Below the pieces are notes generated by a model. That model was not told where the DNA came from and did not search any database. It saw only the letters and a list, made by a program, of their open reading frames with translations. 33,129 nucleotides of DNA from a virus. Taxonomy: Duplodnaviria; Caudoviricetes. Positions 21,517 through 30,555 of this stretch are shown in pieces. The stretch spans positions 1 to 33,129 of IMG/VR virus record IMGVR_UViG_3300031519_000117; one strand, written 5' to 3'. Each line of letters starts with the position of its first letter. Position 1 is the first letter of the stretch. A program made the translations under genes and the position numbers.

Positions 21517-22500
21517 ATGGCAGTTAACGATGGCGACAACATTACCGCAGCCCAATATAATGGTTTGCAAAGTAGAATTGAACAAGTACTTGGAACTGGT
21601 TCCGGAGACTTTGGATATGGTAACTCTGTATCAAGCGATCAAGTAACTGCAGGTGACTCTGTAACAGCTGGTCAAATGGATAATCTACGCTCTGATATGG
21701 GCAAATGTTGGACACACCAAACAGGCGACAATATTCCATTAGCTAATATAGCAGTAGGTAATATTATTGGTGCAGACGCAAGCGGAACTGGTGTTACATT
21801 TGACAACTCAAACAATTATACTATTAGCGGATCAATAGCTAATGGCGGATTTAATGATTATTTGTCAAAAATGACTGAACTTGAAACTAACCGTTTTGAT
21901 ATTGACAGTGGCGAACAAACTGTAGCTGATAGCGCTGGCATTACAAGAACAACATCGTGGAACGGAACAATTTCTGCTACATTTCGAGTAAGTTTTGGCA
22001 ATGCAAATAACCGAAGATACTTTTTTAACTCCGGCGGCGAACTTAGAATAAGCGTAGCGGGAGCAAATGGTACAGGATCAAAAGATAGTGATTGGTCATC
22101 AATCCTATCAAACCCAGGACAGATACGAATGGGTTATAATTATACAACTATTAGCGGATCAAACAATGGCGTTACATTAAGTTCACTTGGTAACGACGCG
22201 ATGTCATCATCATATCAAGAAATATTTAAGAAAGTAGGTACTGCCGCAGTATACGCAGAAAACTACTGGAAAGTTGAAGCAAGAATAACTAATGTTTCTA
22301 CGTTTGAATTTAAAGTAACACTTGTAGACGATGATGCAGGTGACAGACCAGACCCAAGTCCACCACCACCATTTGGACCATTAACAGATGAAGACGTTAC
22401 TCTAGATATTACAGGAACTTTTGCTATGAGACGTGCAACAGGATCTAATATTGCTTATCCTGCACCGACTCCTGCTGTATCGATAACAGACAACTTCTAA
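21517..22500 (+). CDS. Putative virion structural protein (tail/baseplate-associated)
   Basis: 327-aa G/S/T/N-rich protein behind a late promoter. Motifs include G.GYG and RRYFFNSGGELR. Carries a Pro-rich loop, PDPSPPPPFGP. Confidence 0.6.
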   Translation: MAVNDGDNITAAQYNGLQSRIEQVLGTGSGDFGYGNSVSSDQVTAGDSVTAGQMDNLRSDMGKCWTHQTGDNIPLANIAVGNIIGADASGTGVTFDNSNNYTISGSIANGGFNDYLSKMTELETNRFDIDSGEQTVADSAGITRTTSWNGTISATFRVSFGNANNRRYFFNSGGELRISVAGANGTGSKDSDWSSILSNPGQIRMGYNYTTISGSNNGVTLSSLGNDAMSSSYQEIFKKVGTAAVYAENYWKVEARITNVSTFEFKVTLVDDDAGDRPDPSPPPPFGPLTDEDVTLDITGTFAMRRATGSNIAYPAPTPAVSITDNF

Positions 22501-22522
22501 GTAAATTATTTCTAAATAACAC

Positions 22523-22551
22523 TTGACATAACACCGATATTCATATATACT
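22523..22551 (+). promoter_or_regulatory. Sigma70-type promoter TTGACA-N17-TATACT
   Basis: TTGACA at 22523-22528, a 17-nt spacer and TATACT at 22546-22551. RBS AGAGGT at 22565-22570 precedes ATG22576. Confidence 0.8.
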
Positions 22552-22575
22552 ATTATAAATGAATAGAGGTTTCTT

Positions 22576-22929
22576 ATGGACGAAAGATTAGAAAAAGCAT
22601 TAGACTTTTCAAACTATATGGTTACGCTTAACAGTCAAAAGCGTGTACTTAAAGAAAAATTTAGAGAACAAACAGTATTTTATCATCTAGGTGGTCAATT
22701 TACAGTCAATAAACAATTAATGACTTTTGTTAGTATGCTTGTTGAGCAAGGTAATGATGAAGACATTGTATTAGTTGACGATAATGAAACTCCTATTATG
22801 GTCAAAGACCTAGCAGACTTCCAATCTGAAATATTAAACACTTATTTTACTGCTGCAAATGAATATCACGCTGAGTATGAAAAGTTACGTAAGAACAGGA
22901 GTGTGGAGAAACTAGTTGAATACAAATAA
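22576..22929 (+). CDS. Hypothetical protein, possibly tail-fibre assembly chaperone-like (DUF4376-like)
   Basis: 117 aa with a good RBS. The pattern GGQF....LVDDNETPIMVKDLADF followed by a long C-terminal helix resembles small proteins found downstream of fibre genes. The family call is weak. Confidence 0.4.
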   Translation: MDERLEKALDFSNYMVTLNSQKRVLKEKFREQTVFYHLGGQFTVNKQLMTFVSMLVEQGNDEDIVLVDDNETPIMVKDLADFQSEILNTYFTAANEYHAEYEKLRKNRSVEKLVEYK

Positions 22930-23806
22930 AGGTATACTAGTTTTTGCTAGAAATAATGCCCAAATAGATTATTGTAAACAAGCATACTTTCTTGCAAAAA
23001 GAGCAAGAGAGTATTTAGATGTGCCTACAAGTATAGTTACTGATAGCACAGAATACTTATTGTCAACATACCCTGATGCAGAAGATGTATTTGACAAAAT
23101 TATTAGTATTGTTTGGAAAGAATCTGACCTAACAGAAAATACAACTTTATCAAATCACGAAGATCATAAAATTAGAACATTTTATGATGGAACTGTTATT
23201 GAGAAAAAACTTCAATTTAAAAATGAAACAAGAACATTAGCATATGATGTATCACCATATGACGAAACTTTAATCCTAGATACTGATGTTGTAATATGTA
23301 ATGATGTTTTTAAGCAATGTTTCAATCAATCACACAATTTTTTGATATACAGAACTTCATACGATCTTGCAGACATTAATAGAGCAGGTGTATTTGATAG
23401 AATTTCAGACACTAGTGTAGATTTTTATTGGGCAACGTGTGTATTTTTTAGAAAATCTCCTGCTAATAAATTATTTTTTAATTTACTACAACATATACAA
23501 GAAAACTGGCAGCACTATAATAACATATTTCAGATTAATACTCCTTACTATCGAAATGATTATAGTTTTGCAATTGCTATTCATATTATGAATGGTTATC
23601 AAACTGGTGATTTTGCAAAGCCAATGCCAGGAGTATTGTATTATACTACTGATAAAAGCATTTTATGGGAATTAGGTAAAGACGAGCTGTTACTATTGTT
23701 AGAAAAAGAATTATACAAAGGCGAATATACTCCATTGCGTATTAAAAATGCAAATGTACACGTAATGAATAAGTTTAGTTTGAATAGGTGTATTGATGAG
23801 CAGTAA
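22916..23806 (+). CDS. GT-A fold glycosyltransferase (GT8/GT71-like nucleotide-diphospho-sugar transferase)
   Basis: TTG start with GGAG 7 nt upstream. Motifs KGILVFA..Y..QA..LA, SPYDETLILDTD (DxD), VFFRKS, RNDYSFAIA and HVMNK. Confidence 0.75.
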   Translation: MNTNKGILVFARNNAQIDYCKQAYFLAKRAREYLDVPTSIVTDSTEYLLSTYPDAEDVFDKIISIVWKESDLTENTTLSNHEDHKIRTFYDGTVIEKKLQFKNETRTLAYDVSPYDETLILDTDVVICNDVFKQCFNQSHNFLIYRTSYDLADINRAGVFDRISDTSVDFYWATCVFFRKSPANKLFFNLLQHIQENWQHYNNIFQINTPYYRNDYSFAIAIHIMNGYQTGDFAKPMPGVLYYTTDKSILWELGKDELLLLLEKELYKGEYTPLRIKNANVHVMNKFSLNRCIDEQ

Positions 23807-24623
23807 AGGTTTTTTAATTTATGCTTCGGGCAAAGAGTTTGTAACACAAGCATATCTTTGTGCGTTAAGTATTCGTGCTTCAGGAAACAAATATCCTGTT
23901 AGTATTGTCACAAACGACAAATTATCAGCAAAATACAAAAAAGTATTTGATAAAGTAGTTGATATTCCTTGGTATAAGGAAACAACTAGTAGATTTCAAA
24001 CAGAACACAGGTGGAAAAACTATCACGCAACTCCATATGACGAAACTATTGTTTTAGACAGTGATGTATTAGTGCAACAAGACCTAGAAGCATTTTGGAG
24101 TTTAATGAAAAACTATGATTTATATTATCCTTCAAGAGTGTTTACATATAGAAAAGAATTAATTACTAATAGCTTTTATAGAAAAGCATTTGTAAAAAAT
24201 AACTTACCTAGTGTATATAATACTTTGCATTACTTTAAAAAATGCGACTTATGTAAAGAGTATTATACGTGGGTAGAGCTTATCTGTAACAACTGGGAAT
24301 TATTTTACGGCAACTTTTGTCAAGAATTTTATCCTAAACAACCTAGTATGGATATTACAGCAGCTATTGCAGCCAAAATTATGAACATTGATACACAGTT
24401 CACAAATGCTACATTAGATCTGCCAATGATTGTGCATATGAAGCCTGCAATACAAAACTGGCTAAATGAAACTAGTTCGTGGCAAGACAGAGTTGGTAGT
24501 TATATTGCAGATGATGTAACGCTAAAAGTTGGTAACCATTTACAAGATACTGTTTTTCATTATACAGAAAATGATTTTGTAACAGATGCTATAATTAGGA
24601 AGTATGAACAATGTCAAAATTAG
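23796..24623 (+). CDS. GT-A fold glycosyltransferase, paralogue of the 22916 gene
   Basis: ATG23796 preferred over TTG23793 (AGGTG RBS). Motifs KGFLIYA..QAYLCALSI, TPYDETIVLDSD (DxD), HYFKK, SMDITAAIA and VHMK. Confidence 0.75.
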   Translation: MSSKGFLIYASGKEFVTQAYLCALSIRASGNKYPVSIVTNDKLSAKYKKVFDKVVDIPWYKETTSRFQTEHRWKNYHATPYDETIVLDSDVLVQQDLEAFWSLMKNYDLYYPSRVFTYRKELITNSFYRKAFVKNNLPSVYNTLHYFKKCDLCKEYYTWVELICNNWELFYGNFCQEFYPKQPSMDITAAIAAKIMNIDTQFTNATLDLPMIVHMKPAIQNWLNETSSWQDRVGSYIADDVTLKVGNHLQDTVFHYTENDFVTDAIIRKYEQCQN

Positions 24624-25186
24624 CATACGTAATCTTTAACAAAGACTCAGGAGCAATTATCAGTGTTGGTAACGAAGCATCTGAAACTGATAGCTATATT
24701 CAAGTACCGTTAGTTGATGTACTTACAATTATTACAGGCGATGAACGAGCAACTAATTATCACGTACAGTATAATCCAAAAACAAAAGAACTTGAGTTTC
24801 AGTCAAAGCACGAATTTACTTTAGATTCAACAACAGTTAAAGATTTTATTTACGAGTTACCACAAGATAGTATTGATGACGCTGATGTTCAAGTAATACA
24901 AGATATACCTAATTCTTGTTGGAAAATAAAACTAGGTGATTCTTTAAAATCTAACATTAAAAATAAAGGCATTAATTTAAATGCTAGATTTTTGTTTAGT
25001 ATTACTAAGAAAGGTGACCCTAACATATTGTACAAAACTCTTAATGTGCATATAGGCCAGACGGTCTCTGATAATTACTGTATAGTACCATTTGATATGC
25101 CGTTTGAAACAACGAGTGTGCCTATAAGTGTTTACACGTCGAGAAGATTTGACACTTATCAACTAACGAGGATTGTTAATGAGTAA
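24611..25186 (+). CDS. Hypothetical protein
   Basis: 191-aa ORF overlapping both neighbours. No recognisable catalytic motif. Confidence 0.7.
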   Translation: MSKLAYVIFNKDSGAIISVGNEASETDSYIQVPLVDVLTIITGDERATNYHVQYNPKTKELEFQSKHEFTLDSTTVKDFIYELPQDSIDDADVQVIQDIPNSCWKIKLGDSLKSNIKNKGINLNARFLFSITKKGDPNILYKTLNVHIGQTVSDNYCIVPFDMPFETTSVPISVYTSRRFDTYQLTRIVNE

Positions 25187-26072
25187 AATTAGAATAGTAG
25201 ATCAAGATATTATCTTTTTGTCATATGACGAGCCTAACGCAGAAAAAAATTACGCAGATTTGTGTGCAAAAGTACCGTGGGCAAAACGTGTACACGGAGT
25301 AGAAGGTTCAGATGCAGCACATAAAGCCTGTGCTGACCTAAGTGAAACAGAATATTTTATTACTGTTGATGCAGATAACATTGTGGACCAAGAGTTTTTA
25401 AATGTAGAAGTTGATTACGAACAATTAGAACTATCACCAGAGCACGTTTTTAGTTGGTGCGGCAAAGTACACGTTAACGAACTAATGTACGGCAACGGTG
25501 GACTAAAAATGTGGACACGTAAGTTTGTACACAATATGAAAACACACGAACATTCGGAAGATGGCGATGAAAGAGGCAAAGTAGAATTTTGTTTTGATGA
25601 CAAGTATCATCAGTTTAATGAAAACTACAGTGTTTCCTATACTAACGCAACACCTTGGCAGGCTTGGAGAGCAGGTTTTAGAGAAGGTGTTAAAATGAGT
25701 TTAGATCAAGGCGCCAAAGTTAGTGATATTAGAAAAACGTGGTTTCAAAACTTTGATCGTTTGCGTATTTGGTGCTCAGTTGGTGCCGATGTAGAAAATG
25801 GACTATGGAGTATGTATGGTGCTCGTGAAGGCCTGTACAAAACTATGTGTACAGACTGGGACTATGCAGAAGTGCGTGATTTTAAATGGCTTAATTCATA
25901 TTGGAAAGACAAAGTACAAGACGAAAGCGATCTATTAGAAGCAATTGAAGATTACGGCAACAAGTTAAGATCAAACCTTGGATTAGAAATTGCTGAATTA
26001 GATGCAAATGGCAGTCATTTCTTTAAATCTTTATATCACAATACTCCAAGAGTAATTAGGAAGAAAAAATGA
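25179..26072 (+). CDS. GT2-like (GT-A) glycosyltransferase
   Basis: ATG25179 preferred (GAGGA 6 nt upstream). Motifs DIIFLSYDE, RVHGVEGSDAAH, FITVDADN (DxD), YGNGGLK and AWRAGFREGVK. Confidence 0.7.
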   Translation: MSKIRIVDQDIIFLSYDEPNAEKNYADLCAKVPWAKRVHGVEGSDAAHKACADLSETEYFITVDADNIVDQEFLNVEVDYEQLELSPEHVFSWCGKVHVNELMYGNGGLKMWTRKFVHNMKTHEHSEDGDERGKVEFCFDDKYHQFNENYSVSYTNATPWQAWRAGFREGVKMSLDQGAKVSDIRKTWFQNFDRLRIWCSVGADVENGLWSMYGAREGLYKTMCTDWDYAEVRDFKWLNSYWKDKVQDESDLLEAIEDYGNKLRSNLGLEIAELDANGSHFFKSLYHNTPRVIRKKK

Positions 26073-27451
26073 ATAATGAACTAGAAAAAATTAAGAACAT
26101 TATTCCAATTACTGACGCAACAATCAGTCCCACATTCTGTATGGCTAAATGGCATCATACAACTATCTATCTTGCAACAGGCGAAACGCACAGTTGTTAT
26201 CATCCAGCACCTCATAAAATTCCGCTGGAAGAAATTAAAAACAACCCTAGTGCATTACATAATACAAAAGAAAAAAAAGAACAACGTAGGCAAATGATTA
26301 AAGGCGAAAAGCCTAGCGGATGCAACTATTGCTGGAAGATTGAAGCAATGGGTAAAGATTTCGTTAGTGATAGACACATTAAAACTGCGAGTATCTATAC
26401 TCCAGAACGACTCACAGAAATTAAAGAAAACGGATTCAATTATGACATCAACCCTGAATATATCGAAATTAGCTTCTCGAACGAATGTAACTTTAAGTGC
26501 GGTTACTGTCATCCAAAAGCCTCGAGTAGATACTACAACGAAATCAAACAACACGGCCCGTACAAAACCTCAACCGACCATAGACAAGACATAGATTGGT
26601 TTGAAATTTATCAAAAGGAAGATGATAATCCTTATGTAAAAGCCTGGTGGGAATGGTGGCCTGAAGTTAGTAAAACATTAAACATTTTACGTATTACTGG
26701 CGGCGAGCCTCTTATGCACAAAAGTACTTGGGAATTATTTGAACGATTAGATAAAGATCCTAAACCACATCTACAGATTGAAATTAATAGTAATATGGGC
26801 GTTAAGCCTAAACTAGTAGAAAAACTTGTTAGTGCAGTTAAGAAATTAAAAGCAGATGGTAAAATTAAAAGTTTTAAATTATACACTAGTATTGATACTT
26901 GGACAGGAAGAGCTGAATACACACGAACAGGTTTAGATATTAACCTTTGGGAAAAAAACTTAGACTATTATCTTTCTAATACAGGCTGGCCCGTAACGTT
27001 TATGATTACGTTTAACTTGTTTAGTGTTACAAGTTTTGATACCTTACTTGCTAAAATACTAGAGTGGCGAAAAAAGTATAACGGAGATCAAAATTCAACA
27101 CAATGGCAGCGTGTAAGATTTGATACTCCGCATTTAAAAGAACCTACTATATATGATATGAATATTTTACCTAAAGAAGAATTTATACCGTATATGGAAA
27201 GGCATTTACAGTTCATCGAAAACAATATGGACAATGCCGATCGCACTAAATTTACAACTTTAGAATACGAAAAATTTAAACGTGTTGTAGAGTATATGCG
27301 AACAACGCATTACGATAGTGTTGCATTAAAGCAAGCACGTAAAAACTTTTATAATTGGTTTACAGAACACGATCGTAGAAGAAACACAAATATTATAGAA
27401 TCATTTCCAGAATTAGAAAACTTTTGGAAATTAACACAGGAAGAACTATGA
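26069..27451 (+). CDS. Radical SAM enzyme with N-terminal Twitch/SPASM-type Fe-S domain
   Basis: CxxxCxxC motif (CNFKCGYC), ITGGEP, INSN and TSID radical-SAM core motifs. Extra N-terminal cysteines CMAKW..G..HSCYH..CNYCW. ATGA overlap with the upstream gene. Confidence 0.9.
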   Translation: MNNELEKIKNIIPITDATISPTFCMAKWHHTTIYLATGETHSCYHPAPHKIPLEEIKNNPSALHNTKEKKEQRRQMIKGEKPSGCNYCWKIEAMGKDFVSDRHIKTASIYTPERLTEIKENGFNYDINPEYIEISFSNECNFKCGYCHPKASSRYYNEIKQHGPYKTSTDHRQDIDWFEIYQKEDDNPYVKAWWEWWPEVSKTLNILRITGGEPLMHKSTWELFERLDKDPKPHLQIEINSNMGVKPKLVEKLVSAVKKLKADGKIKSFKLYTSIDTWTGRAEYTRTGLDINLWEKNLDYYLSNTGWPVTFMITFNLFSVTSFDTLLAKILEWRKKYNGDQNSTQWQRVRFDTPHLKEPTIYDMNILPKEEFIPYMERHLQFIENNMDNADRTKFTTLEYEKFKRVVEYMRTTHYDSVALKQARKNFYNWFTEHDRRRNTNIIESFPELENFWKLTQEEL

Positions 27452-28476
27452 GCAAAACAGTATTAGTAACAGGCGGTGCAGGCTTTATTGCACATCATTT
27501 AGTTGACAAAATTTTAACAGAAACTGACTGGAGGATTGTTACCTTAGATAGATTAGATTATAGTGGCAATTTAAATAGATTACACGAAGTAATGTTAAAA
27601 CATCCGGAAAAAGAAAGACAACGAGTACGTGTAATACATCACGACCTTAAAGCAGAACTTAACCCACAAATCAGAGCAATGATTGGTAAGGTTGATATGA
27701 TTGCACACCTTGCAGCCGGTTCACACGTAGATAGAAGTATTACATATCCTATGGAGTTTGTACTAGACAATGTTGTAGGTACTGCAAATTTACTTGATTA
27801 TGCTCGTAATCTTGATACTCTAGATATGTTTGCTTATTTTTCAACAGATGAAATATTTGGCCCAGCACCGGGCAATATAAAATATAAAGAAAATGACAGA
27901 TATAACAGTACAAATCCATACAGTGCTTCAAAAGCGGGAGCCGAAGAGCTAGTTGTAGCATATGAAAATACTTACGGACTTCCTAGTATTATTACACATA
28001 CTATGAATGTATTTGGTGAACGCCAAAACGCAGAAAAATATATTCCAATGTGTATTAAGAAAGCAAGAGACAACGAACTTGTAACAGTACATTCAAATGC
28101 TGAAAAAACTATTGCAGGATCACGTCATTATATCCACGCTGAAGATGTTGCAGATGCTTTAATGTTCTTATACAATTACGATCTAAGTAAGTTAGGACCA
28201 GACGAAACTGGTGCAAAGTGTCAAAAATTTAATATTGTAGGTAGTACAGAAATTAACAACTTAGAACTTGCACAGTTTATTGCAGACACACAAGGCAAAC
28301 CATTAAATTATGAAATGGTAGACTTTCATAGTAGTCGTCCAGGACACGATTTGCGTTATGCACTAGATGGTTCTAAGATGGCTGATATGGGATGGCAGCC
28401 CAGCAGTGCTTATGATAAATTAGAAAAAGTAATCGACTGGACATTGAAAAACAATAGGTGGTTGGTTAATGGTTAA
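27448..28476 (+). CDS. rmlB: dTDP-glucose 4,6-dehydratase-like NDP-sugar dehydratase (extended SDR)
   Basis: VLVTGGAGFIA, LDRLDYSGN, HLAAGSHVDRSI, STDEIFG, PYSASKA (YxxxK) and RPGHDLRYALD. The start is ATG27448 (ATGA overlap) rather than TTG27424. Confidence 0.88.
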   Translation: MSKTVLVTGGAGFIAHHLVDKILTETDWRIVTLDRLDYSGNLNRLHEVMLKHPEKERQRVRVIHHDLKAELNPQIRAMIGKVDMIAHLAAGSHVDRSITYPMEFVLDNVVGTANLLDYARNLDTLDMFAYFSTDEIFGPAPGNIKYKENDRYNSTNPYSASKAGAEELVVAYENTYGLPSIITHTMNVFGERQNAEKYIPMCIKKARDNELVTVHSNAEKTIAGSRHYIHAEDVADALMFLYNYDLSKLGPDETGAKCQKFNIVGSTEINNLELAQFIADTQGKPLNYEMVDFHSSRPGHDLRYALDGSKMADMGWQPSSAYDKLEKVIDWTLKNNRWLVNG

Positions 28477-29236
28477 TTTTCAACAACTATTACAGTCCGT
28501 TGAAAATTTTAAAACTACCGAGCCTTATAATTACAGCGTGATTGAAAACTTTTTAGAAGATGATTGTGCCCGTAGTGTGGCACAAGAATTTCCTGACTTT
28601 GATAGTAAAAATTATAATGGAAATTATACTAATCAGATTGAACTTAAAAAGACTTGTAATATCTGGGATAGATTTTTGCCCAACACTTATAAACTTTTAC
28701 ACTATTTAAATAGTCCAGAGTTTGTTGACCAAATGTGTATGCTTACAGGATGCGATGAATTAATTGCAGACCCTGGATTACACGGCGGCGGACAACATAT
28801 ACACCCAAACGGCGGTAAACTTAATCCTCATCTAGATTATAGTATTCATCCTAAATTAGGATTGCAACGTAAATTTAATTTGTTGATATACCTAACGCCA
28901 GACTGGAACGAATCGTGGGGAGGAGATTTTGGTATATGGAACAAAGACCATACACTAAACACATCTATTTCTCCACAGTTTAATCGTGCTATCATTTTTG
29001 ACACAACACAAGATAGTTTACACGGGTTATCAACACACGTAAATTGTCCAGATAACAAAACACGAAATAGTATTGCTGTATATTACCTTACTCCTGCTCC
29101 TAAAGATGCAGATAAAAGAAACCGTGCATTGTTTGTACCAACTGAAGAACAAAAAAATAATAAAGATATTTTAGATTTGATTGAAAGACGAAGTAAAGTG
29201 TCAGGGAAAAATGTAGAAGAATGGGATCGAAAATGA
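28469..29236 (+). CDS. 2OG-Fe(II) oxygenase (prolyl-hydroxylase-like family)
   Basis: HxD (PHLD), distal His (SLHG) and 2OG-binding Arg (RNSIAVYY), plus LLIYL..W...WGG and PQFNRAIIF. Confidence 0.88.
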   Translation: MVNFQQLLQSVENFKTTEPYNYSVIENFLEDDCARSVAQEFPDFDSKNYNGNYTNQIELKKTCNIWDRFLPNTYKLLHYLNSPEFVDQMCMLTGCDELIADPGLHGGGQHIHPNGGKLNPHLDYSIHPKLGLQRKFNLLIYLTPDWNESWGGDFGIWNKDHTLNTSISPQFNRAIIFDTTQDSLHGLSTHVNCPDNKTRNSIAVYYLTPAPKDADKRNRALFVPTEEQKNNKDILDLIERRSKVSGKNVEEWDRK

Positions 29237-30555
29237 ACTTTTTATTTCAAGAAGAGACGCAAAGAAGAAACATTACTAACTGTGACGATATTAATCCATC
29301 ACAGTTTAGAAGATTTACAAAAAGTCCGTTAGTTGAAACTATTTTACGTTTTAAGAAATTAAAATGGATCTTTAAAGACTTTGATAGAGATACTATAGTT
29401 GTTGACTCTTTAAGTAAAAGAAAACGCTATGACAAATATATTATAGCAACCGGAGTTGGTCACGCTCCTGTTGATTGGTGTGGGTCACTTGATCTAGACA
29501 AAGATTATGATTCGCATATGAAACCAAGAAATACAATTTTTTATTACCTAGATCCAAAAATACTTTCAGCAATGCGTAAAGGCAAAGCATTTTTACTTAT
29601 GGATCAAAGTCACGAAGGATATCACAACGATTGGTTATTTGACTGGTTCCACGATGCTTGTCAAAAATATAATGTTCCGCCCTCAGCAGTTATCTATGTA
29701 ACAGGCAACCTTGCAGTTGATACACAGTATAAAGAATGGTGCAAAACAAACTTGCCAAATAGTAAAATGTGTGTTATTCCACACATACAATTTGACGAAT
29801 ATATGTGGGATGCCGCTAAGAAACAAAGAAAAGTAATTCCAACAGTTAGTGATCATTTAGAATATAAAACTAAAAATAAAAAATTAATAAAAACATACAA
29901 TTGTTTTCAAAAAAGAAATCGCCCGCATCGTATATGGATGTTCCATCATTTATACAATAATGATTTACTAAAAGACGGACTTAATAGTATGAATGATTTT
30001 ACAGTTAGAGATTCATACTACGAAGGTAAACGAATAGAACAATCTCAATATGATGAATATAAACATCTGTTGCCAATGTATCCTAGAAAAGAGTTAGACC
30101 AACAATTACAAACAGCATTCACAGGACCGTTAGGCGGAAACTTTGAACAAGATTTATATTACCAAGAAGTAAGAGACTCTTGGGTAAGTGTTGTTAGTGA
30201 AGCATCTTTTGCAGAACGTACTTGTTTTATTAGTGAGAAGTCTTTTAAACCAATTGCTACACAACACCCTTTTATTATATACGGAAATAAAAATAGTTTA
30301 TCTTATCTAAAAGATATTGGATACAAAACATTTGATGGATTTATTGACGAATCATACGATAAATTAGAAACGTGGGATAGACTAGATGCTATTCTTAAAG
30401 AAATTAAAAAAATTAAAAGTATGTCACATACAGAAAAATTAGATTGGTTTAGTAGACAGCGAGATATTTTAGAACATAACTTTGAAATACTAGAACGTAA
30501 TTCAACTGAAGTGCCAATTGCATTTGATACGTTAAAAAACTATACAGGAAGATAA
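29233..30555 (+). CDS. Putative GT-B glycosyltransferase-like protein (GT10/exostosin-like C-terminus)
   Basis: C-terminal SVVSEASF..FISEKSFKPI..HPFIIYG..LKDIGYKTF resembles the E-N/x-S..Y/F-I-T/S-EK donor-binding motif of GT10 fucosyltransferases. RPHR motif upstream. Start taken at the ATGA overlap, 29233. Confidence 0.55.
   Translation: MNFLFQEETQRRNITNCDDINPSQFRRFTKSPLVETILRFKKLKWIFKDFDRDTIVVDSLSKRKRYDKYIIATGVGHAPVDWCGSLDLDKDYDSHMKPRNTIFYYLDPKILSAMRKGKAFLLMDQSHEGYHNDWLFDWFHDACQKYNVPPSAVIYVTGNLAVDTQYKEWCKTNLPNSKMCVIPHIQFDEYMWDAAKKQRKVIPTVSDHLEYKTKNKKLIKTYNCFQKRNRPHRIWMFHHLYNNDLLKDGLNSMNDFTVRDSYYEGKRIEQSQYDEYKHLLPMYPRKELDQQLQTAFTGPLGGNFEQDLYYQEVRDSWVSVVSEASFAERTCFISEKSFKPIATQHPFIIYGNKNSLSYLKDIGYKTFDGFIDESYDKLETWDRLDAILKEIKKIKSMSHTEKLDWFSRQRDILEHNFEILERNSTEVPIAFDTLKNYTGR

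Noticed and set aside
20641-21585. 314-aa minus-strand ORF
   Set aside because: Antisense shadow of the well-supported fibre gene. It has no motif or RBS and is explained by the sense-strand codon bias.
22501-22575. Rho-independent terminator between the structural and enzyme modules
   Set aside because: No stable hairpin followed by a U-tract is visible.
26261-26280. A-rich run as a programmed frameshift or phase-variation site
   Set aside because: It encodes Lys/Glu in an intact frame, and such runs are expected in AT-rich DNA.
27424-27447. TTG27424 start for the dehydratase (likewise TTG25173, TTG23793 and ATG29221 for their genes)
   Set aside because: Downstream ATGs fit better with RBS spacing or ATGA stop/start coupling and with where the domain begins.
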